A stretch of DNA of 64,000 bases from Minutocellus sp. GHC0000111. Lineage: Eukaryota. The translations under genes and the position numbers were made by a program. The stretch is from positions 1,302,001-1,366,000 of the forward strand of contig OZ361258.1 of the NCBI GenBank assembly GCA_977018835.1, given 5' to 3'. Positions within the stretch are counted from its first letter, which is position 1. Every line of letters begins with the position of its first letter. Below the pieces are notes generated by a model, which saw nothing but the letters and a program-made list of their open reading frames with translations, was not told where the DNA came from and did no database searches. Below are positions 1-11,464 of the stretch, one piece after another.

Positions 1-2762
1 GCTTTCGTTCACGTGCCGAGATACCCTTCTTGGCTGGGGCTCCTCCGCCGTTTTCCTGCTCATTGGCATCGTCGCTATCAGATGATCCAACTTCTTTCTT
101 TTCTTCTATCGAGGCGCTGGCGTTTTCGGCGTCAACGGCCTGTTGCTTCTGATTGGTGGAAGGCTCGGCCTTGGAAGATACCTTTGGATTTATCTTGGCA
201 GAACCGGGGCTTTCATCGTCGCCATCGGCCAGAGAAGTCTCCCCCTCGAGAAGAGCAAAATCACGGCGATCATTGGCGTGCCGGGCGATACTAGCTTCAT
301 CTCCCAATCGGAACAAAACGCCAATGCCCATCTCGAGTTGGGAGGCGGGTAGAAAGTTCTTTTTCCCTCTAATCATGAATGATCCGACAGTCAGATATTC
401 GCCTGTGGGTGCCGTCTTGCTCACCTGATGCGATTCGACCCACCATGCCGAGGTCACCATTTTCGAGGCCCACGCCGATGAGCGACAAATGGTGAAATTT
501 CCTGCTTCGAGTAGAGCTTGGTCGGATAGAGGGAGTACTTCGGTCTTGCCGCTGGGTGTTCTCCGACGCTTGGCTCGAAGAATGACTGACGCAGCACCAT
601 GAACATCCGCGTGGAGATATGCGTCGCCGGGACGCAGATAGCGCTTGACTAGCTGCTCATTCTGCTGCGCATCTTTGCCTCCAACCACCAGATAGTTGTC
701 GCTCGTAATCATGTAGTTGAACTTCTCAAACCAGTGCTGCTCGCGCTGAGGGGTGACGGTCGTCATTGCCTTCCGCTTCTGAGCCTCCTCGAGCTGTCGC
801 TGGGCAGTCGCCTCCGCCGCTTTGAGTGCCTTGGTAGATGCCTCAATCGTTTTCTGAGATTTCTCCTTGGCCGATCTGTATTTCTCAAACATATTGCGAG
901 CATTGCCAAATGCACTGTCCTTCAGCGATATGGTAATGTCAACAGTCGGGATGGCCTCTCCGTCACTACCGTCGTGGTTCATGATATCTGGCAGGGCAAG
1001 AACAACCGCGTCGTTGCCCAAATCCAACTTCTTGACCAGCATTGCAATGGGATTGCCATTGCGCTGCTCGACCTCGACCAGGCTTTCCAGCGCCTCCCAG
1101 TCCATGCCACTGCTCATGGCACTGTTGATGACCAGGAGGGCCTTGTCGACATCCTCGGCGTTGGCCTCGACGAGCTGAGCATTCTCCTTCATCCGCTCCA
1201 TGTCGCGTTCCAGCGCCTCGAGGCGATTGGCCTGGTCACGTCGAATTTTCTCCAGTTTCTCACGGGCCGCGGCCTCGGCGGCATCGGCCCGTAGGGCGCG
1301 CTTTTGGCCTTCAATGAGGGAAGAATTCGTCCACGGCAGTCGAGAAGGTGGGGTAGCGAATGTGCAGACGGCCGGCATGTTGGTTAAGCAAATGGGGCTG
1401 AAATTCCTCGAAAATCTTGTCCGCGTGAGGCATGGCAGGGTTGGATGCGTCCTCCTTCTTCTCGTTATCACCACCCTCCTCTTCTTCCCTCTCCTCCTTC
1501 TTAGGTCGATATAAGACATACCCCCCTCCATCTCCATTGACAAGGCTGTCCACCACGGCCAACCCTTCCTCTTGCAGGGCCGCCACGAGGCTGGACCATG
1601 CCGCGAGCGACACCACCTCCTCCAACGGCACGTCCGGCGTCAACTTGACGTTGGGTTCCAGCCCCGCACTGAGGATGCAGTGCTCAATGAGCGACGGACC
1701 AAAGTGATACACCCCGGACGTCGGCTTGAGCAGCAACGCCTTGAGGGTGATGGTCTGGTCCTTCTTCTTGCTCTTCTTGGAGCCACCCCCACCGCCTCCG
1801 CCACCCTTTTTGCCTTTTCCACTCTTGCCACTTTGTTGTTGTTGTTGCTGCTGCTGCTGCAGACGTTCCTGCTCCTCCGCCTCGACCATGCGTGCCCTCC
1901 AGGCCTCCATCTCGGATTTGGCCCATTCGCACGCCGCCAAACCGTCCATGGACAGCAGTCCCTGCCCCCCACCACCGGCAGTACCGGTATCCTCCCCACC
2001 TGCTGCCTCCTCCTTGCTACTACTACCATCCCCGCCGGCCGCCGATCCCAACGTCGTCGCATACGTGACGGGATACACGCTCCCCACCCTGACCTTGACC
2101 TGTCCCTCCTCCTCCTTGCCACCAGCACCCTTGTCCTTGCCATCCTCAGCATTGCCGTACTCGTGCGTCCGCAACAAGGCCAGTATGCGATACTCGGCAT
2201 CGCACAAAATCAAATTGCCCTGCGCATAGAGCTCCAGCAGCAGATGGTGGGCGGTCCGGCCGCTCCCGAATCGAAAGTCGACGACGCGGTCCAAATGTCC
2301 CAGTTGGGTGGCATTCTCGAGGCGAAGGTTGCGCAGGTGCTTGCGCAGCTTGGTGGCGAAGGGGGAGGGCATGGACCGGCCGTCGCCCGCGTTGGAGGCG
2401 GATGAGGTGGAGGAGGCGGCGTACGTGGTGGTGTGGAACCGGACGCCGGATTCGAGGAGGAGCATGGCCCGGTTGCCAGTCGGCTGGTGCTGCTGCTGCT
2501 GGGCGTGGGCATTGTGTGATTTGTCTTCGCCGCCGTCGTTTCCTCCTCCCTGCTTGCTGGTGGTGGCGGCGTCGGCGGAGGAGGCGTTGGGGTTGGCCAG
2601 CTTGAAGACGTAGGTGGACCGAGCCCCGCTCGTCTCGCTGGAGGCGCTGAGGGCCGTGCCGTCGTAGACGTTGGCCACCTTGAAGCCCAGGAGGGAGCGG
2701 CGGACGTGGGCCGTGGCGGCCGCCACGTCGAGGCCGTCGTATCGGACCTTTTGCTTGGGCAT
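1..2762 (-). CDS. NEMF: Ribosome quality-control subunit NEMF/Rqc2 (NFACT-N + NFACT-R); 3' end runs off the window; apparent frameshift at ~1315-1322
   Basis: N-terminus MPKQKVRYDGLDV..VANVYD, LLESGVRFH, PSPFATKLRKHLR, DRVVDFRFG, LELYAQGNLILCD. After EFF the homology continues in another frame: SLIEGQKR..SGMDWEAL..WFEKFNYMITSDNYLVVGGKDAQQNEQLVKRYLRPGDAYLHADVHGA..QVSKTAPTGEYLTVGSFMIRGKKNFLP. Confidence 0.95.
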
Positions 2763-3223
2763 TGTTTTACTCTTCTTTTGAGCGAGATGTATGTACGCAC
2801 GAGCCGAGAGCCAGTGCAGTTACCAGTCAGCAAAGTCTCACACAGAAAAAATGCGTCACAAGATGTGCTGGAAAACAAGGTACAAAGGGCAGGAATCTAA
2901 TCTGTCCGCTCAAAGTTGACAGAAGCGACAGAGAGATTGTTCAATGTATGTATACAACGATGCCGGGATGCTGTGGCAATGGTTTTGACTTGTCGATATG
3001 AGCAGGTACAGGTACGTTAGCTTTGGGGACCAGGTCAGGGACCAGCGCGATCGATCTCCATGGAAAATGACGAGGTTTGCAGAGGACGGACGACTGACGA
3101 ACAAAAAAAATGAGCTGGCGCCATTTTCGGTCCATGAGATCCAGTCCATCCAAGCGTCAGATACGGCGAAAGGTCTCCCTTACCTTCGCGCAGATTGAGA
3201 TTATCCTTCCATTCTGAATAACA

Positions 3224-4579
3224 ATGTCTTCTGTACCAGCCGGAGGCAGTAGTAGTGGGCTCAGCCTGGCAGCCCTGGTAATCGCCGGAACTTGCGTGAG
3301 CATGTCCGTATCTTTTGCTCCCATACCCATCGTCAGTCAGCATCATGCTCGCCCAACTCCCCGCAGTTCGCAAGTGCCCACCTGCACGACGACGACAAGA
3401 AGGCGATATGCCGGGAATGGCAGTGCCGCGTCAGACGATTTCGACCCGCTGCTCAGCCCGCACGAGTATCCGGCCGGCATCGACGCCGGTGCAACGAGTG
3501 CAGCTGGTACGAGCAGTAGCAGCAGTGCCGCCGCCGACAACGACGACGACAGCTTCGACCCCTTTCTGACCAGCCCTCACGACTTTCCCTCGGCCACGTC
3601 GTCGGAAAATACTGCTTCGTCCGGCGGTGGATCCTTTGGCTTTGATGTTCCGCCGCCGGCAAGCAATAATAATGGCCGCACTAATGATGACGTGAACGAT
3701 GACGACTGGTCGCCGTTGCGAGGGGCCATGAACGTGGAGAAGTTTGCAGACGACGAAGGCGGTAGTAGCATCTCGGCGGGGAGCAAGGCACGGCTGTCGT
3801 CCAACTGGGCCGTCCCCAGTGCCACGTCCAGCGTGCCTGCCGATGCCTACAGGCAGAAGCAAAGGGCTGCCGAGGCGAGTGCAAGTGCAAGTGCCAGCAG
3901 CAGTACCGGTGCCGGCGGCGGTGGTGATCCCGATGCCGACCTGTTCGATGTGTTCGATCCTCGTCTCAGCCCTCACGTCTATGCAGAGGGAATACCGGAA
4001 TGTTCCGAAGAGGAACAGGCGTCGTCCACGCACGATGTACTGTCGGCACCGGCACCAACAACAATGTCACAGGGTCCAACGACCAGCACCAAGGTGGGCG
4101 TCCTCCTCATCGATCACGGGTCGCGCCGTGCCTCGTCCAACGACCGGCTGCTGGAGCTGGCGTCGGTGTACGAGCAGCGCAGCCCGGACCACTACGTCGT
4201 CCGCGCGGCGCACATGGAGATCGCCACCCCATCCATCGAGGATGGCATCCGGGATCTGATCGAGACCGAGGGCGTCGGTCAGATCGTTTGTCATCCCTAC
4301 TTCCTAAGTCCCGGTCGGCACGTGCAGGAGGACATCCCCGAGCTGGTCGCCGAGGCCATTGAAACGCTGGGTGTGACCATCCCCATCGTGACGACCGATC
4401 CGGTGGGCAGCAGCTTGGATGTGATGATCAATGCGATCGGGACGTTGGTCGATGAATCTGTCCGTGATTTGGGTGGCCATGAGGGCAGGGGACAGCAACA
4501 AGGTGCTTCCGACAGAGAATACAAACTTGGCGGCTTCTTCGGGGAGGTTCAGAGAATGATCGACGAACAGATAGACTGA
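3224..4579 (+). CDS. sirB: Plastid-targeted CbiX-family chelatase (sirohydrochlorin ferrochelatase SirB-like) with a long disordered N-terminal region
   Basis: C-terminal VLLIDHGSRR..AHMEIATPSI..CHPYFLSPGRHVQEDIPEL; hydrophobic signal peptide followed by SVS-FAP. Confidence 0.85.
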   Translation: MSSVPAGGSSSGLSLAALVIAGTCVSMSVSFAPIPIVSQHHARPTPRSSQVPTCTTTTRRRYAGNGSAASDDFDPLLSPHEYPAGIDAGATSAAGTSSSSSAAADNDDDSFDPFLTSPHDFPSATSSENTASSGGGSFGFDVPPPASNNNGRTNDDVNDDDWSPLRGAMNVEKFADDEGGSSISAGSKARLSSNWAVPSATSSVPADAYRQKQRAAEASASASASSSTGAGGGGDPDADLFDVFDPRLSPHVYAEGIPECSEEEQASSTHDVLSAPAPTTMSQGPTTSTKVGVLLIDHGSRRASSNDRLLELASVYEQRSPDHYVVRAAHMEIATPSIEDGIRDLIETEGVGQIVCHPYFLSPGRHVQEDIPELVAEAIETLGVTIPIVTTDPVGSSLDVMINAIGTLVDESVRDLGGHEGRGQQQGASDREYKLGGFFGEVQRMIDEQID

Positions 4580-4752
4580 GCAAGTGCAAGTAGAATCAAT
4601 CCATGCTTTTGCTTTTTTAATTTTAATATGTGCACCTTTGCTTCCATAAGAAATATTGAGTGTTGGGCCTGAGCGCGTCCCCTTTTGGCTAGCGGCGTTC
4701 CCAAGTATGCGCAGGTCGGTCCTCTCAATCTTAATCTTAATTGGAAGAAAAT

Positions 4753-6474
4753 TTATTTAATCGGTGATGCGTCGATGTCAGCATCATCTTCGCTGGTATC
4801 GGCGTTGCCTTTCCCATCGTCGTTGTCGGCGGAGTTGCAATCGCCGTCGGCATCTTTACCTTTGCTGTCGCTCTTCACAGCGCCGGTGGTTGAAGGAGAT
4901 TTACCATCGACGGCAGTGTCCAGAATACCGAGAAGTGCCGTCCGCTGCTCTTCATCGAGCGAGGGGAGATGGTCGTGGTTTATAGGAAAGTCTTTCGTCC
5001 TCGAGCCGGTTGGAGGCTGAAATTGAAGAGGTAGTGGAGACACTTCGGTACCAATATCTTGCCCGGCGGGCTCTGGACCGGCTTCCAGGTTTCCGCCGTT
5101 CAAAGTAGCTCGCTGCTCAGCAGGATATTCATGATCACTTCTAGACCCGTCATGCATTTCATGTGTAGTTCCCCATGCCTGATTGTGATCATTGTCCCTA
5201 TGCTGCTGCTGCTGATGATGATGGTTGCGGTGCTGTTCCCAATCGGAATAGCTCTGCCAAGGAGGATGGGCAGCATTGTGATTTTGGTGCCCCTGCTGCT
5301 GGCCGAAGTAGTGAGTGCCACTGGACTCGTCGTGATTGTGTGAATATGACAATGGAGGAGCATTGAACGGTGCTGCTCGTGAAGACGATGGTCAGAGTAC
5401 CTCTCCTGCTCTGAATACTGGCTTGGCTGCTGCCCTTGCACTTGAATTGGTTGCGCATAATGATGCGCCGGTGGTGGATAGTAATTGCTGTACGTTGCAT
5501 CTGAAGCAGCCCATTGCTGGTATCCATTGTGGTGATGGATGTAGTGATGACCAGACTGAGGTTGCATAGGAGCACCGTTGTCTGCCGAGAGGTGACGATG
5601 CGGGTTGGCCCCGGCCTGTGATACAAACTGCTGCTGACTTTCGCCTGCTCCAGCAGTAGATACCACGTTTGATCTTATGGCACTACTAGTAGGGTCTGGA
5701 AGGGGACATGCCTTGCTCAGCTCGAAGAGATCGGGCTCACTCAAGGACGAATCGTCCTTTCTCCCGGAGTTGTTCACGCCTGACGACTTAATCTTCATCT
5801 GGCCAGTTACCTCGCGCTTCATGAACTTGACGAGATGTGGCCGACCTCGCAAGAAGAGTTCGTGGTAGTAGGACCCCCGATCTGATCCTGTACCTTTTCG
5901 GCTGAAGTTCCACCCCGTGATCTGCCTCGTGAACGAGGCATACTTGGAGAAGGAGAAGAAGAGGGGCACCACGTCCTTCATGAAGGCGTTCCGGTCGACG
6001 ACCTGTTGTATTCATTCATAGCATGGGCGCCATACAAAATGGAAGATATAATCAAGCGAGATTGAAGTGAGAAACTGAGGTTATTTCAGCTATGGGTATG
6101 TTTCAACGAAGATGGAAAAATTGATTGTGCATCGCGGGATGGTGTGATGCTGTCCATCCTATGAGCTGTCCATTCACGTTCTGATATTCTATGAATTGAA
6201 AAGTAGAACTCACCTCCCACGATCTCCCATGTGGCAACCACCGTATGACATGCTGATACTTTGGGTCGGACAAGATTTTGTGAAGCTTCGACGGGAATGT
6301 TGCGACATTGTGTGATGATAACGACGGTGGCTTCCGGCCATAACCGGAAAGCGATGGTTGTTCGCCAAACGACGTTGATCTCGACCTCTGGCCGTATGCG
6401 CCCTCCCTCACACGCACAATCTCATCTTGAGTTGCGTTTGGGGGAACTTCCGAGAAGTCTATGAATGTTTTCAT
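4753..6474 (-). CDS. Heat-shock-factor (HSF) type transcription factor; intron 6003-6213; probable 1-nt frameshift near 5366
   Basis: TFPSKLHKIL..IRWLPHGRSWE | VVDRNAFMKDVVPLFF..KYASFTRQITGWNFSR..GSYYHELFLRGRP. A GTGAGT...CAG intron joins the domain in frame. The Q/H-rich tail continues in ORF 4753-5352. Confidence 0.9.
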
Positions 6475-7624
6475 GAGTGCAAGAAAAAGATAGAAGCAAC
6501 ACGCCAGCAACAACCAGAAGCAACACTGGCCTCAAAATAAACGGTTTGTGACTTTTCCGCTCGTCTCTGGGCAACGATCGATGCCCAACCCAACGACACG
6601 AAAGGCACGCCAAAAAAAGCTGCCAGTGAGAAATCGCTGTCCTGATCCCCGGGCCCAAAGGCTCGATACCTCTCCAACGTCTCCAGCCAACTGCTGGTAT
6701 TCTCCAACTGTGTCCAGCTATGAGCCAAAGTGTGCGGGAGTGCGGCAGTTGTTCCATGTTCGGTGATGTTGGGCCGCCTGCGCGCAGGATGTGCTTCTGT
6801 TTGCGTGGAGTGCGTGGTGTTGCAGTTCTCACTGGACAAGCGGCGGAAACAGAGAGGAACAAGTTCGCCGAGAGCAAAAGAGCTTTTGCGGAGGGAAAGG
6901 CAATTGAAAATCAGACAGATGGCACATTGGACATTCTCATGGCGTGTATTGCAGTGTCGCTCGTTGCAAATACTGTATTTGTAGGCCGGATCTCGCGCCG
7001 CTGCTGCTGCTGCTCACAGCGGCGTGTGCTCTTGGCAGTCCTTGACTGGCGCGAAAATAGACATCGGCGGCAGCCGGCAGCCAATCAAGCCGCCGGCCAG
7101 GGTCGCTGGCGTGGATGATGTCCCTGACGTTGATCGAAAGTAGATGCATTGCGGCCGCATGATTCAAGTCACGTCAAATAAATGGAATCAAGAGGTTCCA
7201 GCCCATCACAAGCTGTTGGAAGCATTCGGCGTGATGGTTACACTGAAGACGCACAGTACGTGTTGTGCGGTCAACCGCTAATGTAGTGGGGGGCATGCCT
7301 TTTGCCCGTTTTGTGTTTTTGGACGAAGGGTGTCAATAATTGCTGATCCCATTGGCCAGATGGTATCCCTTTGTAAACGCATGTATGTGCATACATGTAT
7401 TCCGCATAGTACATGTATACATACACAGCACAGCCGCATCATCATGGTGTGGGTCAATGGCGGCAGCGACATGCTGTAAATGCCGGCTACTGGAACTGTA
7501 ATCAAATACTTTTTTCTATTAGGATTCCAACTTCGCTACTAGCTAGAAACTTTCTACGTAGCGTGCATGGATCTAGCTAGACTTCTAGTCTAGAGTCTCT
7601 AGATAGCTGGCTAGCTAGCATTCT

Positions 7625-8914
7625 TTATGCCGAAGAGCGAGCATCCGAAATCAGCTTCTCTGTCAATTTCCAGAGCTTGGCCGCCTTGGCATCATCTCGG
7701 GCCTCCTTGCTCACTTGGGTCACAGTAAACTGATTGCCAAAGGAATCGTCGCCATACTTTGAGGATACTGGAGGTGATGAGTAGAACAGTCCACCCTTGG
7801 AGGCAACATCCCTGTCCAGGGCCATATATTCCAGGCTTCCGCCACCCCAGTGAGGTGTCTCGCCAACTTTCAGCAGCTTTGTTGCTGCAAAGTCAAATAC
7901 CTTGGTAAATGTCGGGTTCTGGTCACGAAACAGGCCCGTCGATACAATGAGACCAGGATTGAAGCAGTTGGTTGTAATTCCCGTATCACCGGCATCGAGT
8001 CTCCGCTGAAGCTCGCGTGTGAAAAGCACGTTGCACAGCTTTGAATCCTTGTAGGCCTTGTCTGGATTGAATGGTGCACCGTCGACCATCTCGAACCGAA
8101 CTCCATCCCTCTCCAAGCCACTCAAATCCCCAAGCGTGGCCTTCTCGCCTTGAGCTCCGCCCGGCCCGTCTGGATCATGCACTCCAGACGCAGTCACAAC
8201 AATCCGACCATTGCGCTTCAGCTTTGACAGGAGCAAGCTGTTGAGGTAGAAGTGTCCAAAGTGATTCGTCCCCACCGTCAACTCAAATCCATCTGCCGTC
8301 CTCAGTACGTCCGTGGCAGCCGTATCTCTCGCCAATCCAGCGTTGAGGCAAAGCGAGTCGATACCCCCCTCACCCAATGTCGACTTGACATTCTTGGCAA
8401 AGTTGTCAATGGATTTCAGACTAGCAAGGTCGCATTCCAGGGGAATGAGATCCGAGTCCTTCACCGTGCTGCCAGATTCAGCAAGGTCGGCCTTGATCCG
8501 ATCGACGGTATCCTTTGCCTTGGTCTGGGTTCGGCAGGCGAGAACAATCTTGTGGCCTCGCGCTGCCATCCGAACAGCGGCATCGTATCCAATGCCCGAA
8601 TTCGAGCCTGTGATCAAAACGGTTCGCTTATCAGTACCATAATCGGCACCAAAAGCAGGTGAGGGCCAGGACAGGGCCGATCCACCGAGCAAGATGGACG
8701 CCAGGGCCGCTCCAGAGTTGGCCAGTGCATCTCGCCGGGACATGCCGTCGGATGAGACAGACTGTTGTTCAAAGTCATCGTCACGAGATGATTGGACGCA
8801 CGTACTTTTGAGACCGGTGGAAGTGCCGGACGGAACGACGAACGCCGATGCGGTGCGCAACAAGGCAATGGCGGCATAAAGTGCCGCTGCTACGGGGGTG
8901 GAGCGTAGCATCAT
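7625..8914 (-). CDS. Light-dependent protochlorophyllide oxidoreductase-like SDR, plastid-targeted
   Basis: ITGSNSGIG, CDLASL, RTADGFELTVGTNHFGHF, AYKDSKLCNVL..ELQRRL, TGLFRDQ; signal peptide followed by ASA-FVVP. Confidence 0.85.
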   Translation of the reverse strand: MMLRSTPVAAALYAAIALLRTASAFVVPSGTSTGLKSTCVQSSRDDDFEQQSVSSDGMSRRDALANSGAALASILLGGSALSWPSPAFGADYGTDKRTVLITGSNSGIGYDAAVRMAARGHKIVLACRTQTKAKDTVDRIKADLAESGSTVKDSDLIPLECDLASLKSIDNFAKNVKSTLGEGGIDSLCLNAGLARDTAATDVLRTADGFELTVGTNHFGHFYLNSLLLSKLKRNGRIVVTASGVHDPDGPGGAQGEKATLGDLSGLERDGVRFEMVDGAPFNPDKAYKDSKLCNVLFTRELQRRLDAGDTGITTNCFNPGLIVSTGLFRDQNPTFTKVFDFAATKLLKVGETPHWGGGSLEYMALDRDVASKGGLFYSSPPVSSKYGDDSFGNQFTVTQVSKEARDDAKAAKLWKLTEKLISDARSSA

Positions 8915-9294
8915 GGTAGCAACGGGTTGTGGATGAGTGGTATGGTAGCGAGTGACTGACGTATCAGACGAAAGTTAACGTGTACGCACAATGACCCTCA
9001 CAATGGGCAAATTGCCGGATATCGAGCGAGCCAGGAGCAGCGAGGCCGGCGAGGCCAAGCTCCATACCAGCACCGACTGAAAGTCGACCTATTGCTCTAA
9101 TACGCCGTAGGCGCACAGGTAATTCGGGCCACATTCTCTGACTAGGCGACCATTGATAGCGTGTACCGTGAAAGATGCCCCGATAGTTCAAAAATATTTG
9201 GCGCCAAAAAGTTGCGGTGTTCCTCGCAACGCAGTGTGGGCATAACAAGTGCTCTTTCGTTCATCAGTTGGGAACAGAGAGATAGTATTTAGAC

Positions 9295-10413
9295 ATGGAG
9301 GAATCCAAAAAGACAAAGAAGAAGAAGAAATCTCGCCGTTTGTTCTCGGACGAAGCCGAGGCGGCGGTGGTCAAGCGCGAGAAGAGAATACAAAATGCTG
9401 TCGACAAGGCGCGTAATAATCCGAACACCGGTGAACGTCGTGAGGTACCAATTGAGGCAATACCAAGGAGACGACGCCGTAGCAGCCGAGACCAGTCGAC
9501 GCACTCTCAAAGCTATTCACTAGATGCCGAATCTCATCTTCCACCCGCAGCACAAATATCGAATAACGATGCGCCTACCAGCAACGCCGAGCAATACAAA
9601 GAGGAAAAGAAGAAAGAGAAGAGCAAGTCGAAAACAGAGCGTCTGTTTCGTGATGAAGCAGAAGCAGCACAGGTCAAGAAGGATGAGCGGATTCGCCGCG
9701 CCATCCAAAAGGAAGAGAAGCGTCAACTGCAGCGTTCCATCAAAGAGGAGGAGCGGAGGAGGCGCGCAGAGGAAGAAATGATACAAAATAATGGTGGATC
9801 ACAGAATGATGAAGGAAAGCCTACCAAGTCAAGACGAACATTTGGAGGCGAAATAGAGCACACAAAGGCAAAGCGAGAGCGAAGGCTGCAGAAGGCTGTT
9901 GAGAAGGGAAAGAAGAAAATTGTGAAAAGGGTTGAAAAGATACAGGGGGCAGAGGCGGCTGAAGCGATCGTATTTCGAGACGACTACGAGAAGGCAATCG
10001 AAGAAGAGCAGCGAAAAGAGACTGAGCAGAAAAGTGACACTGGCAAGCAATCAGATGTTGGTAATGATATTGAAAAGTTCAGTTGCGCTGCCGATGCCTC
10101 CAACGATATGGAGGAGCCAGAAGCTTCTGCTAGTGCCCGGATAGATCTTTCGTCGGCATCTCTCAACACTCGTCGAAGCGTTGCCACCAGACGATTATTC
10201 GAGCCCTTTCCGTCAGCTACACGTGCACGAGAGCGGCGAAAGATCAAGCCATGCGCACTTGTGGATTGCATCAATGTGGCGTGCAAAAAGACGGCAGTGC
10301 TCGTCCATCCTCGACTCATGGTGAACGACTTGAGCACTGAGCAGGCAGCAGATCCAAGAGATTATGCGCGACGACAAGGCAGCAATCGTTCAATGGGGAC
10401 TTTTTGTGAGTAA
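9295..10413 (+). CDS. Hypothetical K/E/R-rich protein with three internal ~22-aa repeats; possible short 3' exon after an intron at ~10406-10453
   Basis: 372-aa ORF with ATG start; GTGAGT...TTTTTTGTAG at the 3' end. Confidence 0.6.
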   Translation: MEESKKTKKKKKSRRLFSDEAEAAVVKREKRIQNAVDKARNNPNTGERREVPIEAIPRRRRRSSRDQSTHSQSYSLDAESHLPPAAQISNNDAPTSNAEQYKEEKKKEKSKSKTERLFRDEAEAAQVKKDERIRRAIQKEEKRQLQRSIKEEERRRRAEEEMIQNNGGSQNDEGKPTKSRRTFGGEIEHTKAKRERRLQKAVEKGKKKIVKRVEKIQGAEAAEAIVFRDDYEKAIEEEQRKETEQKSDTGKQSDVGNDIEKFSCAADASNDMEEPEASASARIDLSSASLNTRRSVATRRLFEPFPSATRARERRKIKPCALVDCINVACKKTAVLVHPRLMVNDLSTEQAADPRDYARRQGSNRSMGTFCE

Positions 10414-10567
10414 CATATTTTTAAATTTAAAGATACTCTCCCATTTTTTGTAGCGTTTTTAATTGTCGATGACGATGAAGTAATGCATTGGCACTAAATA
10501 AACTGGCCAACATCATGATGGAGACCTACTATACATGTGTAAGCTGGCTAGGAGCTGGAATGAGCGC

Positions 10568-11464
10568 TCAAATGTCATCAAGTTCCATACTCAGCTTATC
10601 TTGATCTTCGGGATGCGGTGCGTGTTGATCTAGGCCATCTAGGCTTGTAGCTGGATCGGTGAGTTCCGGGAAAGGTAGAAATAAGATGCCGTTCATTGGG
10701 TCATCATCAGTGGCCGAGGAAGATCCGAAGGGAAGCAGAGACGGGACGTCACCCGTAGGGTTTGGGGTCGATTTATGCCCCTGAGCAAAGGAGTTGCCAA
10801 TGGTACTCGTAGGAGGAAGAGTGCTACCCCTTAGGGTTGGTGCCCATTCATGCCCCTGAGCAAGGGAGTCGAGGTTTGGAGGAGCAAGGAGGGAGGCCAT
10901 AGGAGCCGAGAGCCTCTCATAGGGGAGCAGAGTACATGTAATCACACTGTGAGGCGAGAACAGGTGATCAGCCCTTGAGGCAGCGGCGTCATTCACGTCA
11001 ATCGTCGCTTCGGCCATATTGTTAGGCGGTGAGAGCTGAGCATCTAACACACCATTGATGGGCGATTTGAGCAGAGCCTCGACATCGATTTCCTCCTCGG
11101 CAGCGATGCGAGCTTCTTCCTCATCGGCAGCTTCGCGCTCAGCCGCTTGCTTCTTGAGTTTACGTGTAACGTCGTTGAATCGCTGAAGAATCTTTTGTAT
11201 GGCTTCTTCTTCATTGAAGATAATCCACCCCCCTTCTTTCTTCTTCTTGGCAACAAATCTCGCCGAAAGTTCGCCAATAATATGCGCAGCAATCTCCCGT
11301 TTCCTGGGATGATGCCTGGTTTCCAGGCGGCTGTACTCGTCGAAGTATTGTTCGACGAGGACGAAGTAGCGACGCGTCCCCGTCGTCCAATCGCTTCGTT
11401 GCTTTGATATGACGACATCGTCGTCGAGAACAGGGCCGTTGAGAGGAGTTTTACTTGCTTGCAT
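10568..11464 (-). CDS. Hypothetical protein with a divergent DUF6824-like N-terminal domain
   Basis: DDVV..GTRRYFVLVEQYFDEY..KREIAAHII..ARFV..GWIIFNEEEAIQKILQRF matches the spacing pattern of the diatom-expanded DUF6824 domain. The ORF is intact (298 aa). Confidence 0.6.
   Translation of the reverse strand: MQASKTPLNGPVLDDDVVISKQRSDWTTGTRRYFVLVEQYFDEYSRLETRHHPRKREIAAHIIGELSARFVAKKKKEGGWIIFNEEEAIQKILQRFNDVTRKLKKQAAEREAADEEEARIAAEEEIDVEALLKSPINGVLDAQLSPPNNMAEATIDVNDAAASRADHLFSPHSVITCTLLPYERLSAPMASLLAPPNLDSLAQGHEWAPTLRGSTLPPTSTIGNSFAQGHKSTPNPTGDVPSLLPFGSSSATDDDPMNGILFLPFPELTDPATSLDGLDQHAPHPEDQDKLSMELDDI

Noticed and set aside
1305..1330. Programmed +1 frameshift in NEMF (TTC TTC CCT CAT TGA) as an autoregulatory device
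   Set aside because: Similar indels occur in many unrelated genes in this window, so a consensus error is far more parsimonious.
3224..8914. Tetrapyrrole gene cluster (SirB-like and POR-like)
   Set aside because: Only two genes, on opposite strands and separated by an HSF gene; consistent with chance.
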